Part shown: piece after piece, positions 26,361-37,886 of the stretch
How the letters are laid out: the number at the start of each line of letters is the position of its first letter
Numbering within the stretch: the stretch's first letter is position 1
Assembly (NCBI GenBank): GCA_002633005.1
Contig: NMRA01000301.1
Span: forward strand, 62,001 to 126,000
DNA: 64,000 nt
Reading direction: 5' to 3'
From: Phoronis australis
Lineage: Eukaryota; Animalia; Phoronida
The notes under the pieces: model-generated
Told to the model about the DNA's origin: nothing
What the model saw: only the letters and a program-made list of their open reading frames with translations
The model's database searches: none
Translations under genes and position numbers: made by a program

Positions 26361-26841
26361 GGCCCTTTGCAAGGCCCCCAGGGTCACACCCAGAGTGCAG
26401 ACAACGGCCGGTGTCCATTTCTGTACATACTGAGGTGGACTCTAATTGCTCTCGTGGTCAGATGTTGGTTCCTCGTTCATCTATGCTAAGTGCTCTGGGC
26501 TGCCGTTTTAATATCAGTGGTGATCGATCAGGGTGACTGTTGCGATTACACACCACTGCACGTCATTGCTGATCTCACCGCAATTGTTCCCATCCTCAGA
26601 GCTTCCGTTATTCCCTTACAAACATTGCTCTATAATCAGAGGTTTGCCTTCACGAGAACACGTCACGTGTGCAATGGGGAAGAGCAGCGCGATAATTGCT
26701 AGTGATAGAACCCTCGATTATGTGTGTATATGCACCTTTTTGCGTCGCTTACATGTACAGCATACGACCGTTTGTATTGCTTCAACTATTCATAATGCTT
26801 CTGCGGTTGATCCAATTGATTTGGTTCATATTAAAAGCAAA

Positions 26842-26842
<1 letters not shown>

Positions 26843-26879
<37 letters not shown>

Positions 26880-26903
26880 AACACACACATAAATACACAC
26901 ACA
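26843..26903. repeat. (CA)n microsatellite
   Basis: Directly visible. Confidence 0.95.
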
Positions 26904-26986
26904 CAAACAAGCACAGGATGGTAATTAACTTCAAATATCATTACTGTATATCTACAATCCGTATCGCATATTTTTTTTTCTAACAG

Positions 26987-27367
26987 TGCTTCCAAGTATT
27001 AACGGTGAAGTGTGTGATTTTGAGTCACCATGCTCATGGATACACTGGGACAACCCGTGGAGGGTGGAAATTGCCCAAAATAGCATGAAGGACCTCCTTA
27101 CGACAGATTTACTACACCAAGGAGATCAGAAAATTGTCCATCACCACAATATTCGCTACAGACCGAAAGACAGTGGCGGTCACAGCCAGGGAACACCAGT
27201 GAAACGTGTTTCTCACGGACATAAGAACTACCAAACGAATCATGCAAGTCACCATTCTGTTCACATAGATACTACAGAAAGTATCCCTTATAGCAATCGC
27301 AGTGCTATAGTAACGGACATGAATCTATTTTTATCAATAGTGGACCACACGTACTTAAATAAGTCAG
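26987..27367 (+). CDS. MAM-domain protein, exon A (start of MAM1 plus His-rich insertion)
   Basis: ttttttttctaacag| acceptor; VCDFESPCSW...DHTYLNKSG; G|gtaaac donor in phase 1. A 60-nt internal intron (27281-27340) cannot be excluded. Confidence 0.8.
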
Positions 27368-28023
27368 GTAAACTCCCTCTTGTTAAATTTGATGATCCTA
27401 AATAATCCAACCACCATTATAAGCGACTGCGTATGAATTCAGTCAATTCTCCAATTTTTGTACTATTGTGCTTGTGAAATGTCCGAAAACGTATCCGTCT
27501 GTTTACGTCAATCTTTCCTGATAACGGAAATTGAAATTACGCAGACACGATCTTTCTCGTAAACATTGGTTAACAAGATCGTTTCTTTCGCTCAGCAGTT
27601 GGGACGTAAGCACGACAATTGTGATTAACGCAAGCTAGGTACCACAGGTCTCAAAATTTTTGATGATCTAAAATAACTTTGAAATCACCTGTGTTGATAA
27701 CCGGATCAATAATGGAATTGTTGAATAACTCAGTTTGAATAGATTGCCGTTGATAATGTTTGTCAGGTGATATCCTGAGTGCACTAACTAGGGATGCAAG
27801 TGGTAATCCATAATGGAATCGGACGATTTGCGTCAGTCTTATGTTGGAGAGTGACGTAGTTAATCAGTTGTGTTTTAGGTAGCGAGAATAAAAAACAGTT
27901 TTCAGTGAATCAGTCAACATTTTTCCTTGGGGTTCATTAGTAAATGTTGCACCATTCAACTGGTGTCGTTGTGATTTATGCATGTTGTGCATTTAAAATT
28001 TCACATTTTGCTCCGGTTCTTAG

Positions 28024-28569
28024 GCCATTTCCTCTTCCTGAGTAAGTCGAATACAAAAGCGATTGCATCCATGGCACTACCCGAGGACGACAAAAGTATG
28101 TCAAGATGTTTTGAGTTCTACTATATTTCGTACGGAATACGGCCAGTGTTAGAAATAATGGTCAACGGGTCTTCAATTAAGACACAATTCGAGATTGACG
28201 ATGCACAAGAAACTGATTGGCGTAGAGCTTTCTTGGAACTACATGCTAATGTTGAGGCTATTGCCATCGTAGCAAAACGTTCTGAATACGGCCATGTCCT
28301 TGCAATCGACGACGTGCGAGTGTTTAATTGCAACAATAATATCGCCACATACACCGTACCGGGAACATCAAGCTCTAGTCCCCATAAAGAAACTTCGATA
28401 TCTCCGACAAACTCGCCGCTCGTGAAGTGCGACTTTGAAGAAGGCACTAACCTCTCTTTCACTAATGATAATCTGAATAGCTTCAACTGGGTGAACAAAG
28501 CAGCAGGTGAGGCCCATAAAGAAGATAAACACAGGCCTTCTGCAGACCATACATCTGGGACTAGTGAAG
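28024..28569 (+). CDS. MAM-domain protein, exon B (end of MAM1, start of MAM2)
   Basis: ttcttag| acceptor in phase 1 gives GHFLFL; CFEFYY, W, LAIDDVRVFNC, then KCDFEEG...PSADHTSGTSEG; G|gtaagt donor. Confidence 0.9.
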
Positions 28570-28835
28570 GTAAGTGTAATTAAGTCACCTCTGTTCAACC
28601 CTTCTTCATTAAAAACTAACAACATGGCATGCGTATCTCAAATTGTCAACCTTAGCATAGTTAGGGAGCAAAACACACTTTTAGTTCCACGGTCCTTTGA
28701 TGATCATTTGGTTGACTATACTGACATCTAAGGATTAACATCTTCCACGTGACGTATGTAGTTTAAGCAGTCATAACATACAAGCCGTCAGCACAATCCC
28801 TAAGTAAAGAAACCAAGTAATATCTCATTTTCAAG

Positions 28836-29199
28836 GATTCTATGTGTTTGCGGAAAGCGCTCACGATCACACGCCGAACGAAGACGGTCAACTTCTTTTT
28901 GCATCGATGGATGTCCCGGCAAACTACTGTGTCGAATTCTTTCTTTTCTCGTACGGTATTGGCACCCTGCAGATTCTCGCAAAGGACGACTGGCAGTACC
29001 TTGAAGAGATTGCCTCGATACGTTTGGACAGGAGGGAGCGTCGCTGGACACGTGTGAAATATCCGATAGTGTCACGTGGGCAACTCCGATTAATCTTCTC
29101 ATTGCTTTCATTGAAACCGAAAGTGAGAGCTGGAGCAGCGATTGACGACGTTACAGTCTCTCGTTGTAACGGTGGGCATTTTCCCGGAACTGCAACTAG
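28836..29199 (+). CDS. MAM-domain protein, exon C (end of MAM2)
   Basis: ttttcaag| acceptor in phase 1 gives GFYVFAES; YCVEFFLFSYGIGTLQI, WTRV, AAIDDVTVSRC; AG|gtaggc donor in phase 2. Confidence 0.9.
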
Positions 29200-29918
29200 G
29201 TAGGCAACTTCTCTGTACAAATATTTCAAAACATTCGACTCGGGTGCTTATTGAATAATTTCTGTTTTACAGCGCGTTAAAAACTTTCTTTACTACAATT
29301 AGTTCTCCAAATAACACAGTCACTAGTTAACTTTTTGTGTAATCGCTACTGGTTGACTTCGTTGCCATGGATACAATGAGAGCTTGTCATTGCTTCTATA
29401 AAGGGTATCTATTATGGTTCAATTTACATAAACTGCAAACATTGTGCACATAACTTTTTAAATTAACTATCTACGAAAGTATTGGAAGAGCTTACTCAAA
29501 TCAGCATGCTTGAAATATTCCATAAGTAAATGTATTGCATTCTAATTGCCATTTCATCAGGTGACTCGAACGTACGTCCATAGGCGGCGCAGCAATGAAA
29601 CGTGGGGGGCCACAGCTCCCCACCCCCCAGCCACCTATGATGCACCGCCCATGACGTCATGCGACGAATACAAGGCGTGTCTGCGATAAAATGTCGCACG
29701 TTGTTAACTAATATGTAGTCAGAGAGACTGGATAAGAAGTTGTGAAAACGCTCAAATTCATATCTAGGCTCTGACAAATGCGTGGCGTATGGGAAGTTTT
29801 CGAAACTAGCATAATCAACGTAAAAGTCATACATCCGAATGTCATGTTTCACAGTCACGAGGCAATTGTTTCAGACATTTTGTTTCAACCACGTGGGATT
29901 TTTTATTAGCCATTTCAG

Positions 29919-30052
29919 ATACTTATACCAAATGAATTGCGATTTCGAAGAGACTATGTGTGGATTGCAGAACGCAGTAGATCACACCGGCACGTGGCGA
30001 CGTGTTGTGGGCAATGCAAAACAAATTCCCCCTGCAGATTACCCATTGCCAG
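29919..30052 (+). CDS. MAM-domain protein, exon D (start of MAM3)
   Basis: catttcag| acceptor in phase 2; NCDFEETMCGLQN...TWRR...PPADYPLPG; G|gtaaca donor in phase 1. Confidence 0.88.
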
Positions 30053-31340
30053 GTAACAGTACTACTGTAAACGAGATTAAAAAGTACAATCAGTCTGCCT
30101 CATCACCAGCCTGACGGCAGGGTTTTTAAGATAGATGCGTGTGTGCCCGCCAAGATGAGTTCTTTTTGACACCAATATCGGTAACCCTAGCCCCCTATGA
30201 AATCCTATTATTCTTCCTTGACAAAGCTAATTTATGTAGAACCCTTGAAAAATCTCTCAATTTGTAATGTTGTTTCTGAGAATTGGCTGATGGGATCAAC
30301 ACGAAACTTTAAGATACTATGCTTTGTGCGCCATTTTCACAGACTGTTTCTAAATTGGTCCACTTACGTGTAACACGAGGGCTACGAAAAATGGGACCTT
30401 TAAGATTTTCCCGAAAAAGTACAAAAGTTTGCTTAAAGGCATAATTAAAATTAAGTAAATTGTAACAGCGTTTTTAAGATTTTTTCTCCATAGTAATTTC
30501 AAGTGAAATTTGGTCGAATTATTGACACCGTCGTTTGAAGATTAATGTAGCTTTCTTTTACCTTTGATATTTTTTAAAAGACATGATCATGCAATCCAAC
30601 TAATAACGAATTGATAAAAAGTCAAAGTATCAAAATTCACACCTTTTCTACTTTCACGAAAAATAGTGCTTTTGCTGAGTTAAAATTTATAATTTTGTTG
30701 ATAATTGTTCAAATACACAGACATATCAAGAATGTCCTGCACAACTTTAACCTGCATTTCAATTAAGAAATGCGATAAATTACAGTACGGTTACTGGGAT
30801 TTTTTTATTTTTAACGTTTTTAGTTGTTTGAAATTCGTTTTTCTTGAGAGCGAAGGTTGATTCGTACAACGTTTTACATATATATGTCATTGTCTCTCTG
30901 GTTTGGGCAACAAAGTAAAAATCCAATATGCGACATTGTTTTGGCTGTATACATGTTGTCTAACTAAAGGTAAAGTGAAAGAAATCTCAGATATTGCTCA
31001 AACACAAAGTCCCAGTCTTCCCATTAAATATTTAGAAAGTATCGTTCAACGCACATCTTTTTTGAGAAAAGGTCACGCGATTATACACAACTGTGCGATA
31101 TTTTGTGGTATGGATTAGGATATTCAGCCACCGAGGATTGAGAATTAGTTTTTATGAGATGAAAATCGAGAAAAAGCGATTTGATCAAGCACGAAAAAAC
31201 GTCACAAAGATTGAAGATTACCTGACACCTAAATTTGCAATTTTGCCTGAAAATACACAGAAATACCCATTTAGCTTCGATTCGTGCTTTCAAAGAAATG
31301 AATACGACGCATTCATGGAATCCGTGTCATTTATTTTCAG

Positions 31341-31897
31341 GAACACATGTGTTGACGTTCAACGTTATCGACGGCGGGCTGCTATCTTTTAGTTATTACG
31401 AAGCTGTATTGGAAACTCCTCCGCTCCTTGCCCGAGCCAACTGGTGCCTGGATTTTTACTATTTGATGTATACCACTCAAGAGATACGTCCAGTCGATAA
31501 CTCTATTATGTTCCACGTTGAACAAGACGGTTTTGCGGTCTTTCAGAGATTGAATGATGATCTATCCGACAGGTGGCAGCACATTCGCAATGTCCCGGTG
31601 TTTGCCAACATGCGGCAAAAACTGTCCTTTAGGGTTGTTTCAAAAGTAAAGGAATTGGTACTTGCGATCGATAACGTTAAGATTGGAAGTTGTGCGAAGG
31701 TATCACCCGCCACACTAAAACCACGAAATGTAACTGCAGCAATGGCAACGGATACAAACCCCAAGATAACTACCCGTACATGTTTGCGCGAGCAGACGAC
31801 GACGATCGGGTTAAAAGAACACACGAATTCTGCTTCAAATGTGACTACGGGCTTCATAGTTGTTTTTTGGTACTTAGCGTTTTATGATCTCATATAA
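31341..31897 (+). CDS. MAM-domain protein, terminal exon E (end of MAM3, Thr-rich stalk, GPI-signal-like tail)
   Basis: ttattttcag| acceptor in phase 1; AVLETP, WCLDFYY, RWQH, LAIDNVKIGSC; Thr-rich linker; NSASNVTTGFIVVFWYLAFYDLI*; AATAAA ~10 nt downstream. Confidence 0.82.
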
Positions 31898-32067
31898 ATA
31901 GGTAAATAAAACAAACAGAATGGATCAACTGAAATTTTCGGATGTAATAACGTCCTTTGTCAACAGAAACAGAAATAAAGTAAAATCAAACACTATATGA
32001 CAATTGACATTTAAGAATGATGTAATGAATATGATACATTTTTGCGCAAAAATTCAATGATATAATT

Positions 32068-34275
32068 TAAGAAGTTTTATGTTCAATCCATGTGGTTCTA
32101 GTGAATTGAGCTTGTCTATCCAATATTGTTCTCTATTGAGTCTGTGAGGGGTACTGGGGTATTGGAGTTTTTCTATTATTTGTACAGAAGGATCTTGAAT
32201 ATTATGGTTTTTGGAATTGAAATGATTACCTATAGTATCAGAAATGTTTTAATGTATTATGTTAAATATATGATTACGAAACCGAGTTTGTAGATTATGT
32301 TGAGTTTGTCCTACGTATTGGGTAGAACATTTTTACAAGTTATAAGGTAAATAATATTGTTGGTGGTGCAATCAGAATAATGTTTTATTTCAAAGTTTTC
32401 ATTGGTTTAGGAAGAGTGGAAAAAAGTGCTATCGTTGATAAAGTTACACATTTTATACCTAGTTTTGTTACGTTGTGTGTTGCCAATAGGTTTGTCAGTT
32501 TGGTGTATATTGTCGATGTTAGCTTTAACTAAATAATTTTTTAGATTTTTACATTTTCTCCAAAAAATTATAAGTGGATGAGGCAATAGATTTGTCATTT
32601 GAGTAGAAATATGCAGCGTGGAAAGATGTTTTCTGAAGACGTGGCTAATTCCGTTTAAACATGGAGTGAACATAGTTATGAATGGTATTCTATTAGTAGT
32701 ATTGCCTTTAGTTTTAGTTCTTAAAGATTCATTTCGTGTAATTGAGCGGACTTTGTCAAACTGTTTGTGTATTAGATGTAAGAGGAAATGACGTTGAATT
32801 AGATAGTACTTGAGTTCTTTTAAACTTTTATTAAAGGAAGTTTCTTCTGAACAAATGCGTCAAATTCTTAGGGCAAGGCTATATGGAACGCTTTTCTTGC
32901 AATGAAAGGGATGACACGATGGATATGACAGATATTGGTGTTTGTCAGTTTCTTTACAGAATATTAAGTCAGTTTCTAGTTTATCATTATTAAGGGTGAC
33001 TTTATTTTGAGAAATGTCATGAGTGAACTTTATAGTCAGGGTGAAATTTGTTAATATTTTCTACAAATACATCTAATTTTTGTGGGCCATGGGTCCAGAT
33101 CATAAAAATGTCATCAATGCACCTCAGCCAGAGAAGAGGTTTTTCAGAGTAGGATTTGATGAAGCTGTTTTCAAGATATCCCATAAAAAGGTTGGCAACA
33201 GTAGGAGCAACCCTAGTGCCCATAGCTGTACCTAATATTTAGAGATAGTGATTATTAATAAAGGTAAAATGTTCAAGAAGAGAGCGAATAAAAGATGTAG
33301 GTACATTAGTATTATTTCGTTGACTAAGAAACTTGGTAGAGGCTTCTATGCCTTCATGTTGAGGAAAATTAGTGTAAAAGCTTTTAATACCAAGTGTTAC
33401 GAGAAGGACTTTTTTAGGTAAATCACTGATGTTTTTAATTATATTAAGAAAATGATTAGTATCTTTAACATATGAAGGAAGGGTGGGGACAAATTGCTGA
33501 AGATGGTAGTCGGCAAACTGAGAATTTTTTTCTGTAGAGCAGTTGTTGTTGGCTATAATTGGGCGTCCAGGATTACCTTTTTGTGGGTTTTAGGAAGGAG
33601 ATAAAAGCGACTAGGTTAAGCATCCTTAGGAATGAAGTAGTTTTTGGTGTCTTTGTCAATGAGACCTAAATGGAAAGCATTCAAAATAGTTTTAGTTATA
33701 AGGCTGATATGTTTTGTGTTGGTGTTATTATGTAAAAGTTTGTAGTATGCTGTGTCATTAACTTGTCGGAGAGCCTCGTCAATATATTTCTGCTTGTCCA
33801 TTATAACAACTGCTGNGAGAATTTTTTTCTGTAGAGCAGTTGTTGTTGGCTATAATTGGGCGTCCAGGATTACCTTTTTGTGGATTTTAGGAAGGAGATA
33901 GAAGCGACTAGGTTAAGCATCCTTAGGAATGAAGTAGTTTTTGGTGTCTTTGTCAATGAGACCTAAATGGAAAGCATTCAAAATAGTTTTAGTTATAAGG
34001 CTGATATGTTTTGTGTTGGTGTTATTATGTAAAAGTTTGTAGTATGCTGTGTCATTAACTTGTCGGAGAGCCTCGTCAATATATTTCTGCTTGTCCATTA
34101 TAACAACTGCTGATCCTTTATCAGCTGGTTTAATTAAGATTTCTTTCTTTTTAGCGAGATTTTTGAGGGCATCTTTTTTGGACTTGGTAATATTATTTTT
34201 GTAGATTTGCTTTTTGTAATTCATAACGTCATTAGTAATAGCTTCAAAGAATGAAAAAATATTTGCAGGCGGTCT
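32068..34275 (-). mobile_element. Degenerate 5'-truncated Penelope-like retroelement (RT plus GIY-YIG endonuclease)
   Basis: IKPADKGSAVVIMDK, PGRPII, GTAMGTRVAPTVANLFMG, WLRCIDDIFMIW, SVPYSLALR; GIY-YIG NNIIYLITC..C..QYVGQT...RFRNH; REQYWIDKLNSLEPHGLN. Frameshifts and stops. Confidence 0.92.
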
Positions 34276-34400
34276 GGAACATGTTGTACCATACGTGCGC
34301 AGGCCGTTCACGTGGGTTCATTGTACTGATCCTCTGAAACCAGTTTTGTTCTTTATTAATATATAGTTAAAACCAGGCTAGGACGCTAGGGTCTAGCAGA

Positions 34401-34479
34401 GAACCCCGGTGCGACTCGAACTACGACCTTGAGTAAAACGATCTTCAAACGGTCACTTATCTCACTAGGCCACATTGCC
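34401..34479 (-). mobile_element. tRNA-derived SINE head or tRNA pseudogene
   Basis: On the minus strand ggcaatgTGGCCTAGTGAG (A-box-like) ... gtaGTTCGAGTCgcaccgggg (B-box). Spacing is tRNA-like, but no clean cloverleaf was seen. Confidence 0.5.
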
Positions 34480-37400
34480 TTCTGTAACACCATGACGTGT
34501 TTGTAGAACCTATTTGATATTTTAAATGATCTAACAAAGAGAAACTATAATCAGGCTAGGAAATTACTAAAGACAGTGAACAAAATTCGTTACTATTCTC
34601 AGAATGTTCTACCTGTTAATGTTTGATTGCTACCATAAGGGCGATTACCTGGATGCCCATGGATGTTCAAATAAATGAAAGTAGGACGTTTTATTCAAAG
34701 GGACATGTTTGCTTTCACTTTTGAATGAGAATGAGAATTGTCTAACAAAGGCAGCTTTTGGTGCACATTTAAATGAACACCTGTGAGTAGAACAAGATAC
34801 AAAATAATGTCAGTCTTTAATAAAGTTGGCAACTGATGTCAAGAGAATCTTAGACATTATTAACCTAAATAACCAATCGTGTTTATTCATTATTTATAGT
34901 TTTTCATTTGAATGTGTTTACATCATACATTATAGTTCCCATAAGCTTACAAGCTATAAATGGTCACTACAATGAATTTAGCCAAAGTAAATTAATTCTC
35001 CATTTTCGTACAACCATTAAAAGACACACTCTGAACCAGCTTACTGTACTCTTTATATGCATCCCAAAATGAGACTGAAGCTAACCAAGGTGACCTTACA
35101 GCTTAGAGATACGCTGATGTCACACTTTTATAAGCTATTTTGGTGGAGTGTAACCTCAAAATCCATTTCACAATTCAGGGCGTTTCATTGTAACCATCGT
35201 CATTGTGTTCGATGCCAGACTATGTTTTGGCTATACATGTTCTGTCAAATATTCCACATATGCTTGGTTAACAACATTGAAGTGAACAGGTCGAATATAG
35301 AGCTGAGTCATATGCAATATGTATTTGCTTCAGTTCCTAGAATCGCATGTACAGTGGTCTGTACCCTGCATGTGTCTTTTTATTCTATTTGTTGTGATAG
35401 TGTGTGTTGTGACCTACAACCACTTCAGATAGGAAACAAGACTGATTCATATGTGACAGTGGAAAATAGATAGGGAACTTCAGTCCCAAGACAGCACCAA
35501 AATACCCCTCCAATTACACATTAAAGCTCCGTCATTTAGAGGAGAGAAAATAGCTATGCATGTACTCAGGGTATCTATAAATAAATGATCTTCAATTAAG
35601 TTTACTTAACATTAACTGAGTGTGCAATCACAAATTGGTAATTCATTTGTGTTTCATTAGTGCCTGTTCTAAATCATACAGGCTATTTGATTTATTTTCT
35701 GGAGTTAATGGATTGAAGTGAATATAGCTGTAAACAACAGTTTGCATACTGGCACGTGAAACGTAATTCTTTCTCGAGATCTTATCACTCACAGAGCAGA
35801 GGATCAGATGATGGCAAAAACTAACCCAAAATGAGGTCCACGCTCCTCTCTCACTAAGTCTTGATCAGCTATAAAATCGCACTTTGTTTGATTCTCATAA
35901 CAGCTAATCTGTATCACCTGCCCTTAAAAGTGGCAGTCCCAGGTGGTCATCTGGTTGTTTCCTACACTTTAACTTTAAATTTAGTTGCAGGGAACACGCC
36001 TAAAATCTAAACCGCTACATTTCTCTGAAAAAAACTGAGCTCCGAATTTTCTGAATAACTTTCTATAAATGAAAACAATTTGGCAACGGGAAAAAGTTCA
36101 TTTCACTAGTAAAATTCACTGAATGGACTAAACAGAAAGGAAAGGTCAATGTTCCAACTGCTAAACACTTTACCAACTTATGAATAATGAGAACACAAAA
36201 TTAATAATTTATAGGCCACATTTAAAAATCATGTTGTTGAAAAAGAATGCTCCTCTCTATATGAAACTTGAACAACTCAGATTATTCAAGCGCAAATATA
36301 AGTTCCTCGGTTATTCGGACGTATTGTCATATATAGGTCAGATTTTTCTGCATTTTCATCAAACTTGTGCATTATAGTCCGATTACCTCTCGTCGTCAGT
36401 CTCCAAAGGTCGTCCGCCATCTTGTTTCGCGTGCAGCGCTGCCACGCGGGACTTAGCGTTCCAATTTGGAACGCTCGTCTGCACGTTAGGTACGAACCTC
36501 TCGGGAGAAACACGCGTGGAAGAACTGAGACTAAAATTAATGCATTTACCGACTGTTTTTTTGAGACCACTTAAAAACTTGTTGATTTTACTAATGCACT
36601 TTTTTGTTCATTTTCAGAAGATATTTTCGAAATTAAATTTTCTTCAGACGGAACAAAAAGCAACCCAGGGATTGTTTATGCAATGTATCTATTTGTCCCA
36701 GGCACTAACCGACATCTGTTAGGCCAAAGGAAAAACGCAGCAGACAAATGGAACACGCTGGGTGCTTAACAGTTTCGGCCCACGCCTTGGTCATCAAAAT
36801 ATTGTTCACTTGTTTTTTTATTGCAAAACACAGTACTGAACTCAACATTTATGTTGAAAATTTTGGTTAAAGCATTTTGAATTTATTTGAAGAAAATTAA
36901 AATACTTGAATTGATAGAGAATGGCCACCAATAAAGTAAAACATTGACTTTATTTCACTATATTGCATTTGTTACATACAACACAGCATGACATAATCAA
37001 AAATAAAAGAAGAGATTGAGCAATAAAATTCAAATGCAACTTGGGTATTTATTTATTTATTTATGAATGCAGAAGCCTGTTAAAGATGAGAAAAAATCAA
37101 ACAATACAATTATGGGTAATTTATTAGAACAATTGTATCGAGGTTCAATGATCAACTTCCGCCTACCAAGTCTCAAAGGCTTACAGTTCTGTTTTGGCTG
37201 ACAAGGTGTTAACAGAGAATGAAGAGAAACTGAAAAGAAAAAGAAGGACAGCAGAGATAAGTGATGTTAAGAACAACAAGAGCAAAAAGTCAAATAAAGA
37301 GGTCACAAATACAAAATAAGTAAGGTCTGCCTGGAATAAAACAATTGTGATTTATTTTCCAGAACTGAAATTCTAAATCAATTTTAATCGATTTAAAAAT

Positions 37401-37886
37401 CGATATCATACCAGTAAAACAGTTTGTGGTTGAAGTAGAGTTGCTGTAAACCACTTTCCACTATTTTCTTGGCCTTTTTCTGTGTGGTTTTCTGTCCTTT
37501 CAAAAGGCGGCAGCACATGACGACCATAGGTGTCATTATAAAATGGCTGCCGAAAAGCAATGCACAGTTGAACAACTCGGCTTAAGTAAAAGAAAACGTT
37601 TGAATCAACGAATACTTTATATTTGTGAGAGTTAAATCAAGTCCTATTCAGATCATAACTTTGAAGTGGAATAATTGGGTGAGTAAGACAACAAGCCGGT
37701 TTTATGCTTAGGCGGACGACTATAGGGTTTCGGAGTGTACTACTATATTGTAATTTTGTCATAATTATTCATTTATTTGGGTTTGGTTTAGTCTATTGGC
37801 CTGCCAGTCATCGCTCAAAAATCACTTAGACCCTGTGTTGGCGCCAGGGATGACATGGTTTTCAAATTGGTCTTGTTGTCTCTTAG

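Larger units (their letters stand above)
21151..26510 (+). mobile_element. Academ-like (XPG-type) DNA transposon derivative with long TIRs
   Basis: The left end tagaccggcatcccagagcacttagcatagatgaacgagg is mirrored by cctcgttcatctatgctaagtgctctgggctgccgtttta, and inverted homology extends ~600 bp. TAG-type terminus; 3-bp flanks aaa/ata. Contains an XPG-like ORF relic and a nested Kolobok-like copy. Confidence 0.7.

Noticed and set aside
26696-26983. Hydrophobic ORF (MYSIRPFVLLQLFIMLL...) as the signal-peptide exon of the MAM gene
   Set aside because: No phase-1 donor in that frame, and it runs into the CA microsatellite; left unresolved.
33520-34112. 296-bp tandem duplication within the Penelope RT
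   Set aside because: The two copies differ at about two bases and are joined at a single N (33816). This is typical of an unmerged contig or haplotype overlap, so it is probably an assembly artefact.
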